A stretch of 64,000 nt of DNA from the human T2T-CHM13v2.0 reference genome, Homo sapiens. Location of the stretch: NCBI RefSeq assembly GCF_009914755.1, contig NC_060925.1. One strand, given 5' to 3'. How positions within the stretch are numbered: position 1 is the first letter of the stretch; each line of letters opens with the position of its first letter. Under the pieces are notes generated by a model. That model was not told the origin of the DNA. It did not search any database and saw nothing but the letters and a program-made list of their open reading frames with translations. A program made the position numbers and the translations under genes. This document shows positions 35,751 through 49,869 of the stretch, piece after piece.

Positions 35751-36055
35751 AGCAACCACTACCCTGATCAGTCGGCAGCCAGCAACATAAAAGCAGTATT
35801 CCCTCTAACAGCAAAAAGATTGCGACTTACTGAAGGCTCGGATGATCGTTGTCATTTTTTAGCAATATTTTTAAATTAAGGTATGTACATTGTTTTTAAA
35901 GACATAATGCTATTGCACTCGTAGTACACTATGAATGGTGTAAACGTAATTATTATATGCACCGGGAAACAGAATGTGTGACTTGCTTTATCATCAAATT
36001 CACTTTTTTGCAGTGGTCTGGATCAGAACCTACAATATCTCCAAAGATATGCCTG
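35751..36055 (+). mobile_element. Tigger1 right end
   Basis: cagcaaaaagattgcgacttactgaaggctcggatgatcg...aatatctccaaagatatgcctg|TA. Confidence 0.88.
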
Positions 36056-36199
36056 TATATATATTTTTATTTTTCTTAGATTAGGTATATTTAGCAAATT
36101 TAAAAGTAAATTAGAGACATCGTGGCCTTTACTACCGTTGTGTAGTTTATATCTCTAGAATATAGGGTCATTCTTCTTCATATCCACAATATATTTATC

Positions 36200-36760
36200 A
36201 TCCTTAACATATTCTATGGGAAGGATTTTAATAGTAGATTCAATTTCTTTAGTAGATATTCAACTGTTTTGTATATTTCTTCTTTCGTGAAACTCAGCAA
36301 GTTCTATTTTTCAAGAAATTTGTCTGTTTCACATAAAAGGTGAAATTTAATTGTAGAAGTGTTTATAGTGTCTCCTAATCTTTTGGATGTCTGTTGGGTT
36401 TTTCTGGATTTTGGTTATTTGTTATGTATTTTTTTTTCTTATTCACTCATGTTAGCATTTTATCAGTTTTTTTAATGTTCAAAAGAATTAACTTTTAACT
36501 TTTATTTTGCTGTTCTGTGTTTTCTATTTTATAGATTTGTATTCCTTTCTCATTCTACTTACATGAAGTCTGAATATTCTTTTTATTTTTGAGTTAGAAG
36601 ATTACATCTTTGAGTTTCAGCCTTTTTTTAATATACATTTAGGATTATTAAATTTTCCATAAAGTATTTGTTTAGCTACCTCCTATAGATTTTGATATGT
36701 CAAACCTTAGTTATTATCAGTTCAAAATATTTTTCATGTTTTGTTTTCGTTTTTAAATCT
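36200..36760 (-). mobile_element. Old L1M ORF2 fragment
   Basis: gattcaatttctttagtagatat...tcaagaaatttgtctgtttca...caaaagaattaactttt. Confidence 0.55.
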
Positions 36761-36762
36761 CA

Positions 36763-37282
36763 TTTTATTAGTTTTCTATTGGTGCTTTAACTACTTAACA
36801 TAAACTTAATGATTTTCAAAACAAATTTTTAATTTTATTGTTTTGTAGGTTAGAAATCTGACGTGAACCACACTGGGCAAAAATCAAGGTGTGAGCAGCA
36901 CCTTTTTTTTTTTTTTTTTCCTGGAAACTGCACATAAAAATAACTGTTTTCTTGTCTTTTCTAGCTTCTGGTGGCCACCTGCATGCCTTTGCTTATGGTC
37001 CCCTTTGTCCATCTCAAAGCCAGCAGTTTTGCATCGCTCTGACCATTCTTTCATAGTTACATTTCACAGTGATCCTCAGCCAGGAAAGGTTATCTGGTTT
37101 TAAGGAGCTATATGATTGGATTGGGCTCATGTGAATAATCTAGGATAATTGCCCTATATCAAAACCCTTAACCTTAATCACATTTGTAAAGTTTCTTTAG
37201 CCACGTAAAATAACATAGACACAGGTTCTGGGCTTAGGGCATGAACATCTTCAAGAGTCCCATCATTATTCTGCCTCCTGTA
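36763..37282 (-). mobile_element. MLT1D-like LTR
   Basis: aaaatcaaggtgtgagcag...ctagcttctggtggcc...ccttaatcacatttgtaaag...ttattctgcc. Confidence 0.8.
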
Positions 37283-37358
37283 CCTGTGAATTACTTAGAA
37301 GTATGTCATAAATAGCATAAGCATATTGTTTAATTTTCTGGCAGTTGGAGTTCTTTAG

Positions 37359-37631
37359 TTTTTTATTTTTTAGAGACAGGGTCTTGCCTTGTTGCTCAGG
37401 CTGGAGTACAGTGGCACAATCATAGCTCACTGCAGCATCAAACTCCTGAACTCAAGTGATCCTCCCACCTTAGCCTTCAGAGTAGCTGGGATTATAGCTG
37501 TGAAAAAATTCATAGAAATGGGAATCTTACTATGTTGCCTAGGCTGGTCTTGAACTCCCGTCCTCAAGAAGTACTCCAGCCCCAGCCTCCCACAGTGCTG
37601 GGATTATAGGTGTGAGCCACTGCACCTGGCC
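37359..37631 (-). mobile_element. AluJ
   Basis: Antisense Alu with a shortened linker. Confidence 0.85.
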
Positions 37632-37874
37632 CCCTTTCTTGACCTTTCTAAGTCTACTTTACCAGCTTGTTCTTCCCCACTTGATCTTTAAATGCTGAAA
37701 TTCATCGTGACTTGGTTATCAACCTTCTTAGGCTCTTTACCCTATTCTCCTTAGGTGATTTCAGGATTACATACTTTAATAACTGTCTACAACAGCAGTG
37801 TACAATAGCAATATCATATCAACACATATGTAATCCTGAATTTTCTAGTAGTCACATTAAAAAAAAAGATTCAG

Positions 37875-38785
<911 letters not shown>

Positions 38786-39501
38786 CATAATTTTTATTTT
38801 TTTCAATTTTTTGGTAGGTACATAGTAGGTGTATATATTTATGGGGTGCATGAGATGTTTTGATACAGGCATGCAATGTCAGATAAGTACATCATGGAGA
38901 ATGGGGTATCCATCCCCTTAAGCATTTATCCTTTGAGTTATGAACAATCCAATTACACGCTATGTTTTTAAAAAATGTACAATTAAGTTATTATTGACTA
39001 TAGTCACCCTGTTGTACTATCAAATAGGTCTTATTCATTCATTCTGTTTTTTTTTTTTTTTTTTTTTTTTTTGGTATATGTTAATCATCCCACCTCCCTG
39101 TAACCCCCCCACTACCCTTCCCAGACTCTGGTAACCCATTCTTTTACTCTCTGTGCTCATGAATTCATTTTTTTTTTTTTTTAATATTTAGATCCCACAA
39201 ATAAGTGAGAACATGCAATGTTTGTCTTTCTGTGCTTGGATTATTTCACTTAACACAATAATTTTCAGTTCCATCCATGGCGTCGCAAATGACAGGATCT
39301 CATTCTTTTTCATGGCTCAATAGTACCCTGTTGTGTATATGTACCATTTTTTCTCTATCTGTTCATCTGTTAATGGACACTTAGGTTGCTTCCAAATCTT
39401 GGCTATTGTAAATAGTGCTGCAGTAAATATGGGAGTGCAGATATCTCTTTGATACACTGATTTCCTTTCTTTGGAGTGTATGCGTAGCAGTGGGATTGCA
39501 A

Positions 39502-39802
39502 TTTTTTTTTTTTTTTTTGAGACAGAGTCTTGCTTTGTCGCCCAGGCAGGAGTGCAGTGGCACGATCTTGGCTCACTGCAACCTCCACCTCCTGGGTTCA
39601 AACAGTTCTCCTGCTCATCCTCCTGAGTAGCTGGGGTTGATTACAGGCGCCCGCCACCATGCCCGGGTAATTTTTTGTATTTTTAGTAGAGACGGGGTTT
39701 CTCTGTGTCAGCCAGGATGGTCTCGATCTCCTGACCTTGTGATCTGCCCACGTCGGCCTCCCAAAGTGCTGGGATTACAGGTGTGAGCCACTGTGCCCGG
39801 CC
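39502..39802 (-). mobile_element. AluSc8/Y-like
   Basis: TSD gtgggattgcaattttt at 39490 and 39803. Confidence 0.9.
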
Positions 39803-42800
39803 GTGGGATTGCAATTTTTATTTTTTTTGAGGAACCGCCAAACTGTTGAACTATGTACAACATAGTGCTTGTACTAATTTACGTTCCCACCAACAGTGTA
39901 CCAGGGTTCCCTTTTCTTCACATCCTCACCAGTATTTGTTATTGCCCGTCTTTTGGATATAAGCCATTTTAACTGGGCGGGGATAATATCTCATTGTAGT
40001 TTTGATTTGCATTTCTCTGATGATCAGTGATGTTGAGCACCTTTTCTTATGTTTGTTTGCCATGTGTATGTCTTTTGAGAAATGTCTGTTCATATCTTAT
40101 GCCCGTTTTTTGATTGGATTATTAGATTTTTTCCCTATAGAGTTGTTTGAGCATCTTATATATTCTATTAATCCCTTGTGAGATGGGTAGTTTGTAAATA
40201 TTTCCTCCCATTCTATGGGCTGTCTCTTCACTTTTTTGATTGTATCATTTGCTGTGCAGAAGCTTTTTAACTTGATGTGATGCCATTTGTCCATTTTTTG
40301 CTTTGATTGCTGGTGCTTGTGGGGTATAACTCAAAAAATCTTTTCCCAAACCAATATCCTGGAGATTTTCCCCAATGTTTTGTTGTAGTGGTTTTATAGT
40401 TTGAGTTCTTAGACTTTAAGTCTTTAATCCATTTTGATTTGATTTTTGTGTATGGCAAGAGATAGGGGTGTAATTTCATTCTTCTGCATATGGGTATTCA
40501 GTTTTCCCAGTACCATTTATTGAAGAAACTGTCTTTTCTTCAGTGTATGTTCTTGGCACCTTTGTCGAAAATGAGTTCACTGTAGGTGTGTGGATTTCTT
40601 TCTGAGTTCTCTATTCTGTTCCACTCATCTATGTGTCTGTTTTGATGCTGGTAGCTTGCTGTTTTGGTTACAATGGCTCTGTAGCATAATTTGAAGTCAG
40701 GTTATGTGATTCCTCCAGTTTTCTTCTTTTTGCTTAGGATCACTTTGGCTATTCTGGATCTTTTGTGGTTCCATATAAATTTTAGTGTTGTTTTTCTATT
40801 TCTGTGAAGAACGTCATTGATATTTTGATCAGGATTCCATTGGATCTGTAGATTGCTGTGGGTCATATGGACATTTTAACAATATTGATTCTACCAATCC
40901 ATGAACATGGAATATTTTTCCATATTTTGATGTCCTCTTCAGTTTTTTTTCATCAGTGTTTTATAGTTTTCATTGTAGAGCTCTTTCACTTTTTTGGTTA
41001 AGTTAATTCTTAGATATTCAGTTTTATTTGTGACTGTTGTAAATGGGATTACTTTTTAAATTTCTTTCTCAGATTGTTCACTGTTGGCATATAGAAATGC
41101 TACTGATTTTTGTACATTGATTTTGCATCCTGCAACTTTACTGAATTTGTTAGCAGTTCTAATAATTTTCTTGTCTCTTTAAGTTTTTCCAAATACACGG
41201 TCATATCATCTGCAAACAAGGATAATTTGACTTCTTCCTTTCCAGTTTAGATGCCCTTTATATCTTTCTGTTGTCTGATTGCTTCTAGTACTGTGTTGAA
41301 TAACAGTGGTAAAAGTGGGCATCCTTGTCATGTTCCTGATCTAAGAGGAAAGGCTTCAGTTTTTCTGCATTCAGTATACTATCTTTGGGTCTGTCATATA
41401 TGGCTTTTATTAGGTTGAGGTGTGTTCCTTATATATCCAGTTTTTGAGGGGTTTTTATCATGAAGGGACATTGAATTTTATCAAATGCTTTTTCAGCATC
41501 CGTTGAAATAATTATTTGGTTTTTATCTTTCATTCTGTTGATATGAGGTTTCACATTGATTGATTTGCATATGTTGAGCCATCTTTGCATCTCAAGGGGT
41601 AAATCCCCCTGGTCATGATGTGTGATCTTTACAATGTATTGTTGAATTCAGTTTGTTAGTATTTTGTTGAGGATTTTTGCATCAATATTTATCAGAGATA
41701 TTGGTCTATGGTTTTCTTTTTTTTGGATGTGTCTTTGTCTGGTTTTGATATCAGGGTAATACTGGCCTCATAGAACGAGTTTATAAGTATTCCCTCCTCT
41801 ATTTTTCAGAATAGTTTGAGTAGGATTGGTATCATTTCTTCCTTAAATTTTTGGTAGTATTCAGCAATGAAGCCATCAGTCCTGGGCTTTTCTTTACTTA
41901 GAGATTTTTTACTATGGCTTCAATCTCATTATCTGTTATTGGTCTGTTCAGGTTCTGTGTTTTTTCCTGGTTCAGTCTTGGTAGGTTGTATATAAGTAGG
42001 AACTTGTCCATTTCTTCTAGACTTTCCAATTTATTGACATATAGTTGCACATATTAGCTACTAATGATCCTTTGAATTTCTGCAGTAACAGTTATAAAGT
42101 CTGTTTTTACATTTCTGATTTTATTTATTTGTATATTCTTTTTTTTTCTTAGTTTGGCTAAAGGTTTGTCAATTTTGCTTACGTTTTCAAAAATCCAACT
42201 TTTTGTTTCACTCATCATCTGTATTATTTCATTTCAGTTCATTCATTGCTACTCTGATCTTTATTATTTTTTTCTACTCATTTTGGGTTCGGTTTGCTCT
42301 TGCTTTTCTAGTTGTGTAAGATGCTCATTTGAAGTTTTTCCTCTTTTTTGATGTAGGCACTTGTAGTTCTAAACTTCCCTCTCAGTATTGCTTTTGCCGT
42401 ATCCCATAGGTTTTGGGATGTTGTGTTTCCATTATGATTTGTTTTAAGAAATTTTCAGTTCTTTACTTCTTCATTTACTCACTGGTCATTCAGGAACATA
42501 TTGTTTAATTTCCGTGTATTTCTGTAGTTTCCAAAATTCCTGTTGTCATTAATTTCCAGTTTTGTTCCATTGTGGTCAGAGAAGGTCCTTGAAACAATTT
42601 CAATTTTTGTTGAATGTTTTAAAACTTGTTTTGTGACCTGACATATGGTCTGTCCTTGGAAATGATCAATGTAGTGAGGCAAAGAATGTGGATTTTGCAG
42701 CCCTTGGATGAAATGTCCTGTAAATATCTATTAGATCCATTTGGTCTGTAGTGTAGATTAAGCCTGATGTTTCTTTGTTGCTTTTTCTGTCTGGAAGATC

Positions 42801-43373
42801 TGTCCAATGCAGAAAGTGGGGTGAAGTCTCCAGCTATTATTAGATTGGGGCCTATCTCTCTTGTTAGCACTAATAATATTTGCCTTATAATATATGGGTA
42901 CCCCAGGGTTAGGTGCAAATATATTTAAAATTGTTATATCCTCTCACTGAATTGACCCCTTTATCATTATATAGTGACCTTGTTTGTCTCTTCTTATAGT
43001 TTCTGTTTTGAAATCTATTTTGTCTGATACAAATATATCAGAAAAAATATTTTTTAGTTTCCATTGGTGTGGAATATCTTTTTCTATCCCTTTATTTTCA
43101 GTCTGTTTGTGTCTTTATAGGTGAAGTGTGTTTCTTGTAGGCAACAGACTAATGGGTCTTGTTTTTTCATCCATTCAGCCAGTCTATGTCTTGATTGTAG
43201 TTTAGTCCATTTGCATTCAATGTTATTATTTATAAGTAAGGACTTACACCATTTTGTTATTTTTTTTCTGGTGGTTTAGTGGTCTTTCTTCTTTCTTTCC
43301 TTCCTGTCTTCCTCTAGTGAAGGTGATAGGATTTAGTTTCTTGCTTTTTATTTTTTTGTATGTACATTATATG

Positions 43374-43375
<2 letters not shown>

Positions 43376-43404
<29 letters not shown>

Positions 43405-46400
43405 TTTTTTATTGATAATTCTTGGGTGTTTCTCACAGAGGGGGATTTGGCAGGGTCATAGGACAATAGTGGAGGGAAGGTCAGCAGATAAACAAGTGAA
43501 CAAAGGTCTCTGGTTTTCCTAGGCAGAGGACCCTGCGGCCTTCCGCAGTGTTTGTGTCCCTGGGTACTTGAGATTAGGGAGTGGTGATGACTCTTAACGA
43601 GCACGCTGCCTTCAAGCATCTGTTTAACAAAGCACATCTTGCACCGCCCTTAATCCATTCAACCCTGAGTGGACACAGCACATGTTTCAGAGAGCACAGG
43701 GTTGGAGGTAAGGTCACAGATCAACAGGATCCCAAGGCAGAAGAATTTTTCTTAGTACAGAACAAAATGAAAAGTCTCCCATGTCTACTTCTTTCTACAC
43801 AGACACGGCAACCATCCGATTTCTCAATCTTTTCCCCACCTTTCCTGCCTTTCTATTCCACAAAGCCGCCATTGTCATCCTGGCCCGTTCTCAATGAGCC
43901 GTTGGGCACACCTCCCAGACGGGGTGGTGGCCGGGCAGAGGGGCTCCTCACTTCCCAGTAGGGGTGGCCGGGCAGAGGCGCCCCTCACCTCCTGGGCGGG
44001 GCAGCTGGCCGGGCAGGGGGGCTGACCCCCCCACCTCCCTCCCGGATGGGGCGGCTGGCCGGGCAGGGGGCTGACCCCCCCCACCTCCCTCCCGGACGGG
44101 GCAGCTGGCCGGGCAGAGGGGCTCCTCACTTCCCAGTAGGGGCGGCCGGGCAGAGGCGCCCCTCACCTCCCGGATGGGGGGGCTGGCTGGGCGGGGGGCT
44201 GACCCCCCCACCTCCCTCCCGGATGGGGCGGCTGGCCGGGCGGGGGGCTGACCCCCCCACCTCCCTCCCGGATGGGGCGGCTGGCCAGGCGGGGGGCTGA
44301 CCCCCCCACCTCCCTCCCGGACGGGGCGGCTGGCCGGGCAGAGGGGCTCCTCACTTCCCAGTAGGGGCGGCCGGGCAGAGGCGCCCCTCACCTCCCGGAC
44401 GGGGCGGCTGGCCGGGCGGGGGGCTAACCCCCCCACCTCCCTCCCGGACGGGGCGGCTGGCCGGGCAGAGGGGCTCCTCGCTTCCCAGTAGGGGCGGCCG
44501 GGCAGAGGCGCCCCTCACCTCCCGGATGGGGCGGCTGGCCGGGCGGGGGGCTGACCCCCCCACCTCCCTCCCGGACGGGGCGGCTGGACGGGCAGAGGGG
44601 CTCCTCGCTTCCCAGTAGGGGCGGCTGGGCAGAGGCGCCCCTCACCTCCCGGATGGGGCGGCTGGCCGGGCGGGGGGCTGACCCCCCCACCTCCATCCCA
44701 GACGGGGCGGCTGGCTGGGCAGAGGGGCTCCTCACTTCCCAGTAGGGGCGGCCGGGCAGACGCGCCCCTCACCTCCCGGACGGGGCGGCTGGCCGGGCGG
44801 GGGGCTGACCCCCCCACCCATCTCCCTCCCGGACGAGGCGGCTGGCCTGGCGGGGGGCTGACCCCCCCCACCTCCCTCCCGGACGGGGCAGCTGGCCGGG
44901 CGAGGGGCTGACCCCCCCACCTCCCTCCCGGACGGGGCGGCTGGCCGGGCGGGGGGCTGATCCCCCAACCTCCCTCCAAGACGGGGCGGCTGGCCGGGCG
45001 GGGGGCTGACCCCCCCACCTCCCTCCCGGATGGGGCGGCTGGCCGGGCAGAGGGGCTCCTCACTTCCCAGTAGGGGTGGCCGGGCAGAGGCGCCCCTCAC
45101 CTCCCGGACGGGGCAGCTGGCCGGGCGGGGGGCTAACCCCCCCACCTCCCTCCCGGACGGGGCGGCTGGCTGGGCAGAGGGGCTCCTCACTTCCCAGTAG
45201 GGGCGGCCGGGCAGAGGCGCCCCTCACCTCCTGGACGGGGCAGCTGGCCGGGCGGGGGGCTGACCCCCCACCTCCCTCCTGGACGGGGCGGCTGGCCGGG
45301 CGGGGGGCTGATGCCCCCACCTCCCTCCCGGACGGGGCGGCTGGCCTGGCGGGGGGCTGATCCCCCTACCTCCCTCCCGGATGGGGCGGCTGGCCGGGCA
45401 GGGGGCTGACCCCCCCCACCTCCCTCCCGGACGGGGCGGCTGATGGGGCGGGGGGCTGACCCCCCCACCTCCCTCCCGGACGGGGTGGCTGCCGGGCGGA
45501 GACGCTCCTCACTTCCCAGACGGGGCGGCTGCCGGGCGGAGGGGCTCCTCACTTCCCAGACGGGGTGGCTGCCGGGCGGAGGGGCTCCTCACTTCTCAGA
45601 CGGGGCGGCCGGGTAGAGATGCTCCTCACCTCCCAGACGGGGTTGCGGCCGGGCAGAGGTGCTCCTCACATCCCAGACGGGGCGGCGGGGCAGAGGCGCT
45701 CCCCACATCTCAGACGATGGGCGGCCGGGCAGAGACGCTCCTCACTTCCTAGATGTGATGGCGGCCGGGCAGAGGTGCTCCTCACTTCCTAGGTGGGATG
45801 GCGGCCGGGCGGAGACGCTCCTCACTTTCCAGACTGGGCAGCCAGGCAGAGGGGCTCCTCACATCCCAGATGATGGGCCGCCAGGCAGAGATGCTCCTCA
45901 CTTCCCAGACGGGGTGGCGGCCGGGCAGAGGCTGCAATGTCGGCACTTTGGGAGGCCAAGGCAGGCGGCTGGGAGGTGGAGGTTGTAGCGAGCCGAGATC
46001 ACGCTACTGCACTCCAGCCTGGGCACCATTGAGCACTGAGTGAACGAGACTCCATCTGCAATCCCGGCACCTCAGGAGGCCGAGGCTGGTGGATCACGTG
46101 CGGTTAGGGGCTGGAGACCGGCCTGGCCAACACAGCGAAACCCCGTCTCCACCAAAACCAGTCAGGCCTGGCGGCGCGAGTCTGCAATCGCAGGCACTCG
46201 GCAGGCTGAGTCAGGAGAGTCAGGCAGGGAGGTTGCAGTGAGCCGAGATGGCAGCAGTACAGTCTAGCTTCGGCTCAGCATGAGAGGGAGACCGTGGAAA
46301 GAGAGGGAGAGGGAGACCGTGGGGAGAGGGAGAGGGAGAGGGAGAGGGAGAGGCAAAGGCAGGCGCAGAGGCAGGCACAGAGGCAGGGGCAGGGGCAGGG

Positions 46401-46425
46401 GCAGGGGCAGGGGCAGAGGCAGAGG
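43376..46425 (-). mobile_element. Full-length SVA (SVA_E/F-like), about 3.05 kb
   Basis: (TTTA)n tail, SINE-R at about 43410-43900, GC-rich VNTR at about 43905-45930, Alu-like domain, hexamer head at about 46280-46425. TSD cattatatgtt at 43365-43375 and 46426-46436. Confidence 0.96.
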
Positions 46426-48929
46426 CATTATATGTTTTTTTGTTTGAGGTTACCATGAGGCTTGCAAATATATCTTGTAACCCATTATTTTAACTTGATA
46501 ACAACTTAACACTTGTATAAACAGACAAGCAAAAGGAAGAATAATAAAAACTCTACACCTTAACTTTGTCCCCCAGCTTTTAAACATTTTGTTGTTTCTG
46601 TCTTATTGTGTTGCCTATGTCTTGAAAAGTTATTATTTTTCATTGGTTCATCATTCAGACTTCCTACTTAGGATAAGAGTAGTTTACACACCACATTACA
46701 GTGTTATAATATTTGGTGTTTTTCTGTGTACTTACTATTACTAGTGAGTTTTGTACCTTCAGGTGATCATTTATTGCTCATTAATGTCCTTTTCTTTCTG
46801 ATTGAAGTACTCCCTTTAGCACTTCTTGTAGGACAGGTCTGATATTGAAATCTGTTAGCTTTTGTTTGTCTGGGAAGGTGTTTATTTTTCCTTCATGCTT
46901 GAAGGATACTTTTGCTGGCTATACTCTTCTAGGGTAAATGTTTTTTTTTATTTCTTCAGCATGTTAAATATGTAATTCTTGGGAAGGCTTTCCAGACATT
47001 TGAAAGGACTTGTGTGTTGTGATCTAAGCTGTTTCTGCTTTAGGGCTCACCACAAGCCTGGTAATGTTATGGTTCTTGCAGACTCTTAGAGGTACCAGCC
47101 ACCTTGATGGTCTTGGACAAGATCAGGGAGAATTCTCTTGATTACCAGTCAGAGGCTCTTGTTGTTTCCTTACTTTCTCCCAAACATATAAAATCTCTCT
47201 CTCTGTTCTAAGCCACCTAAAGCTGGAGGTGGAGTGACACCCCTGGGGCCACCACCACTATGACTGCTCTGCATCAGACCTGAAGCTGGCACAGTGCTGG
47301 GTCTTGTCCAAGGCCTGTTATAGCCACTCCCTGGCTACTGCCTATGTTTGCTGAAGGCCCTGGGACTCTGCAGTCAGCAGGCAGCAAAGCCAGCCAGGCC
47401 TGTGTCCTTCCCTTCCTGGTGATGAAGTCTCCCAATCCCTTCGTGGATATAGAAGTGCTGTCAGGGAGTCAGGGACTAGAATCAAAAACCTTAGAAGTCT
47501 ACCCGGTGTTATCTTGTATTGCACTGTTGGGGCACTCAAACCACAAGGTGCAGTTCTTCCCACTCTTCCTTCCCTTTTCTGAAGGCAGACAAGCCTTACC
47601 CCATAGCCACTCACCCCAGACCATAGGACTACTGCCAGAATACTGCTGGCATTCTCTTAAGTCCCAGGATCTCTTAACTCAGCTTGTTGTAAATGCTGCC
47701 TGGACTGGGACTCACCCTTGAGGGTAGTGGGTTCCCCACTGGCCAAGGGCAGGTCCGGAAATGCTGTTCAATAGTCAAGGCCTGAAATTGGGGCACCTTA
47801 AGTGCCCGCTTGGTGCTCTACCCTTCTGTGGCCTTGCTGGTATCTAAGGTACAAGAGAAAGTCCCCTTTACTTTTCCCTCTGCTTTTCTCAAGCAGAAGG
47901 AGTTTTGCTCTGTAGTCACCACAATTGGTAATGTGCTGAGTCTCACTTAAAGTCTGCAAGTCTCACAGGCTCGCCTGAAGCCGTAAGTGTAGTACCTGGG
48001 TAATGTTGCTGATTATTCAGGGTCCAAGGGCTCTTTAGTTAGCAGGTGATGAATGCTGCCAGCACGAAGTCCTTTCTTTCAAGGCAGCAGGTTCCCTTCT
48101 GGCTCAGGGTGTGTATAGAAATGTCTGGGAACTAGGACCTGGAATAGGGACCACACAACTCTGACCAGTGCCCTATCTTGCTATGGCTGAGGTGGTTTCC
48201 AAGATGCAAGACAAAGTCCTCCCCACTTTCCTCTCCTTTCCTCAAGTGGAGGAATGGCGTGTCTTTTGGAGCTATGAGCTGTGCAGCCTGGGGTTAAGGG
48301 AGTGGTGATGCCAGCCCTCCCTTGACTGCCTCAGCTAGTATCTCAGTATGCCATGTGTCCTCCTGTCCACTGTCTCTGGGCCTAGTTCAGTACTAGGACT
48401 CGCCTACAAGTTGCAGTCCTTATGGCCTCAAATGCCTTTCAAATTTACTTGGAGACACAGAGTGCTGTAGCCCTTGTTGGCGAGGTTTGCAGGCAGTCAA
48501 TTTCTGACCACTAGGATCAGTGATTCCCCTCTGGCTAGAGTGGGTTTAAATGCTCCCATCTTGGGTGGGCTTTAGCTGAGTTTGGTCCAGTTTTCCTTTT
48601 TGCTCTAACAGGACAGCAGTTGCTGTTCAGTACCTCACAGTTGCTGTGTTCTCCCTCCCCCAGACGCTCTCATAGACACTCTCTGCACCATGCTCCAGTA
48701 GGAGCTGGGGTGCAGGGGGTGACGTCAGCAATTCGGGACTGCTTTTTTTTTGTATCTTTTCAGTGCCCCTTTCAGTAAGATGAAGTTAAAACCAGGTACT
48801 ATGAGTACTCACCTGATTTTTGGTTCTTATGAAGGTGTTTTTTTCTGTGTAGATAGTTGTTAACTTGGTGTTCTTGTGGGCTTGGGGATGATTGGTGGAG
48901 CTTTCTATTCTGCTGTCTTGTTCCACCGT

Positions 48930-49860
48930 CCCCACTCTCTCAAATCGTAAAAGCAAGACCTAAAAGGATCAAACTATATTCAAGAACCATTTCTGTATCC
49001 TAGAACAAAGCTCAAAAATATTGATAGTAGTTAGAAAAACACCCACCACCCAACATGGTAAAATTCAAAATGTTACCATTCATGCATAGAAGCAGGAAAA
49101 ATACCCCCTTAATTGAGGGAAAATTAATCAATCTAATCCTACCAGGAATTGACAGAGATGTTAGAATGATCAGGTAAGGGCTTTAAGTGTTGTTGTAACT
49201 TTGTTTATTATCTTGAAAAAGTTAAGTGGAGACATGTAAGAATTACAAAAGACCAAACTGAACTTCTATAGGTAGCATCCACAGTGTCAGAAATGAATGC
49301 AAAGGTTGTGATCTGTGGCAGATTAGATTTTCCAGAAGGAAAGATTAATGAACTTGAGGACATAGTAATAGAAACTATCCAAAATGAAACAGTGAGATAA
49401 AAGTATTTTTAAAAATTAAAAAAAAGGACTTCACTGAACTATAGAACTATTTCTGTATATGGAACTGGGACGTGTGAAAATGGAGAGGGGGAAACAAAAT
49501 ATTTGAAGAAATAATGCCTGAAAGCTTTCCACATTTAATAAAAACAATTTGCAAGTCCAAAAAGTCCGATAAACCCCAAGCAAAGAAACATGAATACTAC
49601 ACCAAGGCACATGATAATCAAATTGCTCAAAACCAGTGATAAAGGGAAAACCTTGAGATTAACAGCAGGCAGAAGAAAAAAGACAATTCATGTATGAACA
49701 AAGATATGAATGTCATCAGATTTCGTGTTGAAAACAATGTAAGAGAGATGACAATTGATGAATATATCTGAGTAGAGAAAAAGGTGGAAAAAACCTGTCA
49801 ACTGAGATTTCTATACCCAATGAAAATATCTTTAAAAATATAGGCAAAATAAGGAATTGT
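48930..49860 (+). mobile_element. Old L1M 5'/ORF1 region (right part)
   Basis: gaagcaggaaaa...gacagagatgttagaat...gaaactatccaaaatgaaaca...atttgaagaaataatg; ORF1-like. Confidence 0.7.
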
Positions 49861-49869
49861 TTGGGAGTG

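Larger units (their letters stand above)
38790..48928 (-). mobile_element. Near full-length L1MA1-like element (ORF1 largely deleted) hosting an Alu and an SVA
   Basis: 3' end gtacatagtaggtgtatatatttatgggg...catcatggagaatggggtatcc, degenerate ORF2 to about 43200, long L1M1-type 5' region at about 46980-48928. Degenerate flanking repeat cccactcccacaagtc / cccactctctcaaatc. Confidence 0.85.

Noticed and set aside
43905-45930. CpG-island-like tandem array that might suggest a promoter or a CRISPR-like array
   Set aside because: It is the SVA VNTR: there are no unique spacers and the context is a eukaryotic retrotransposon.
43875-46456. Many Pro/Gly/Arg-rich overlapping ORFs
   Set aside because: They are translations of the GC-rich SVA VNTR and hexamer, not genes.
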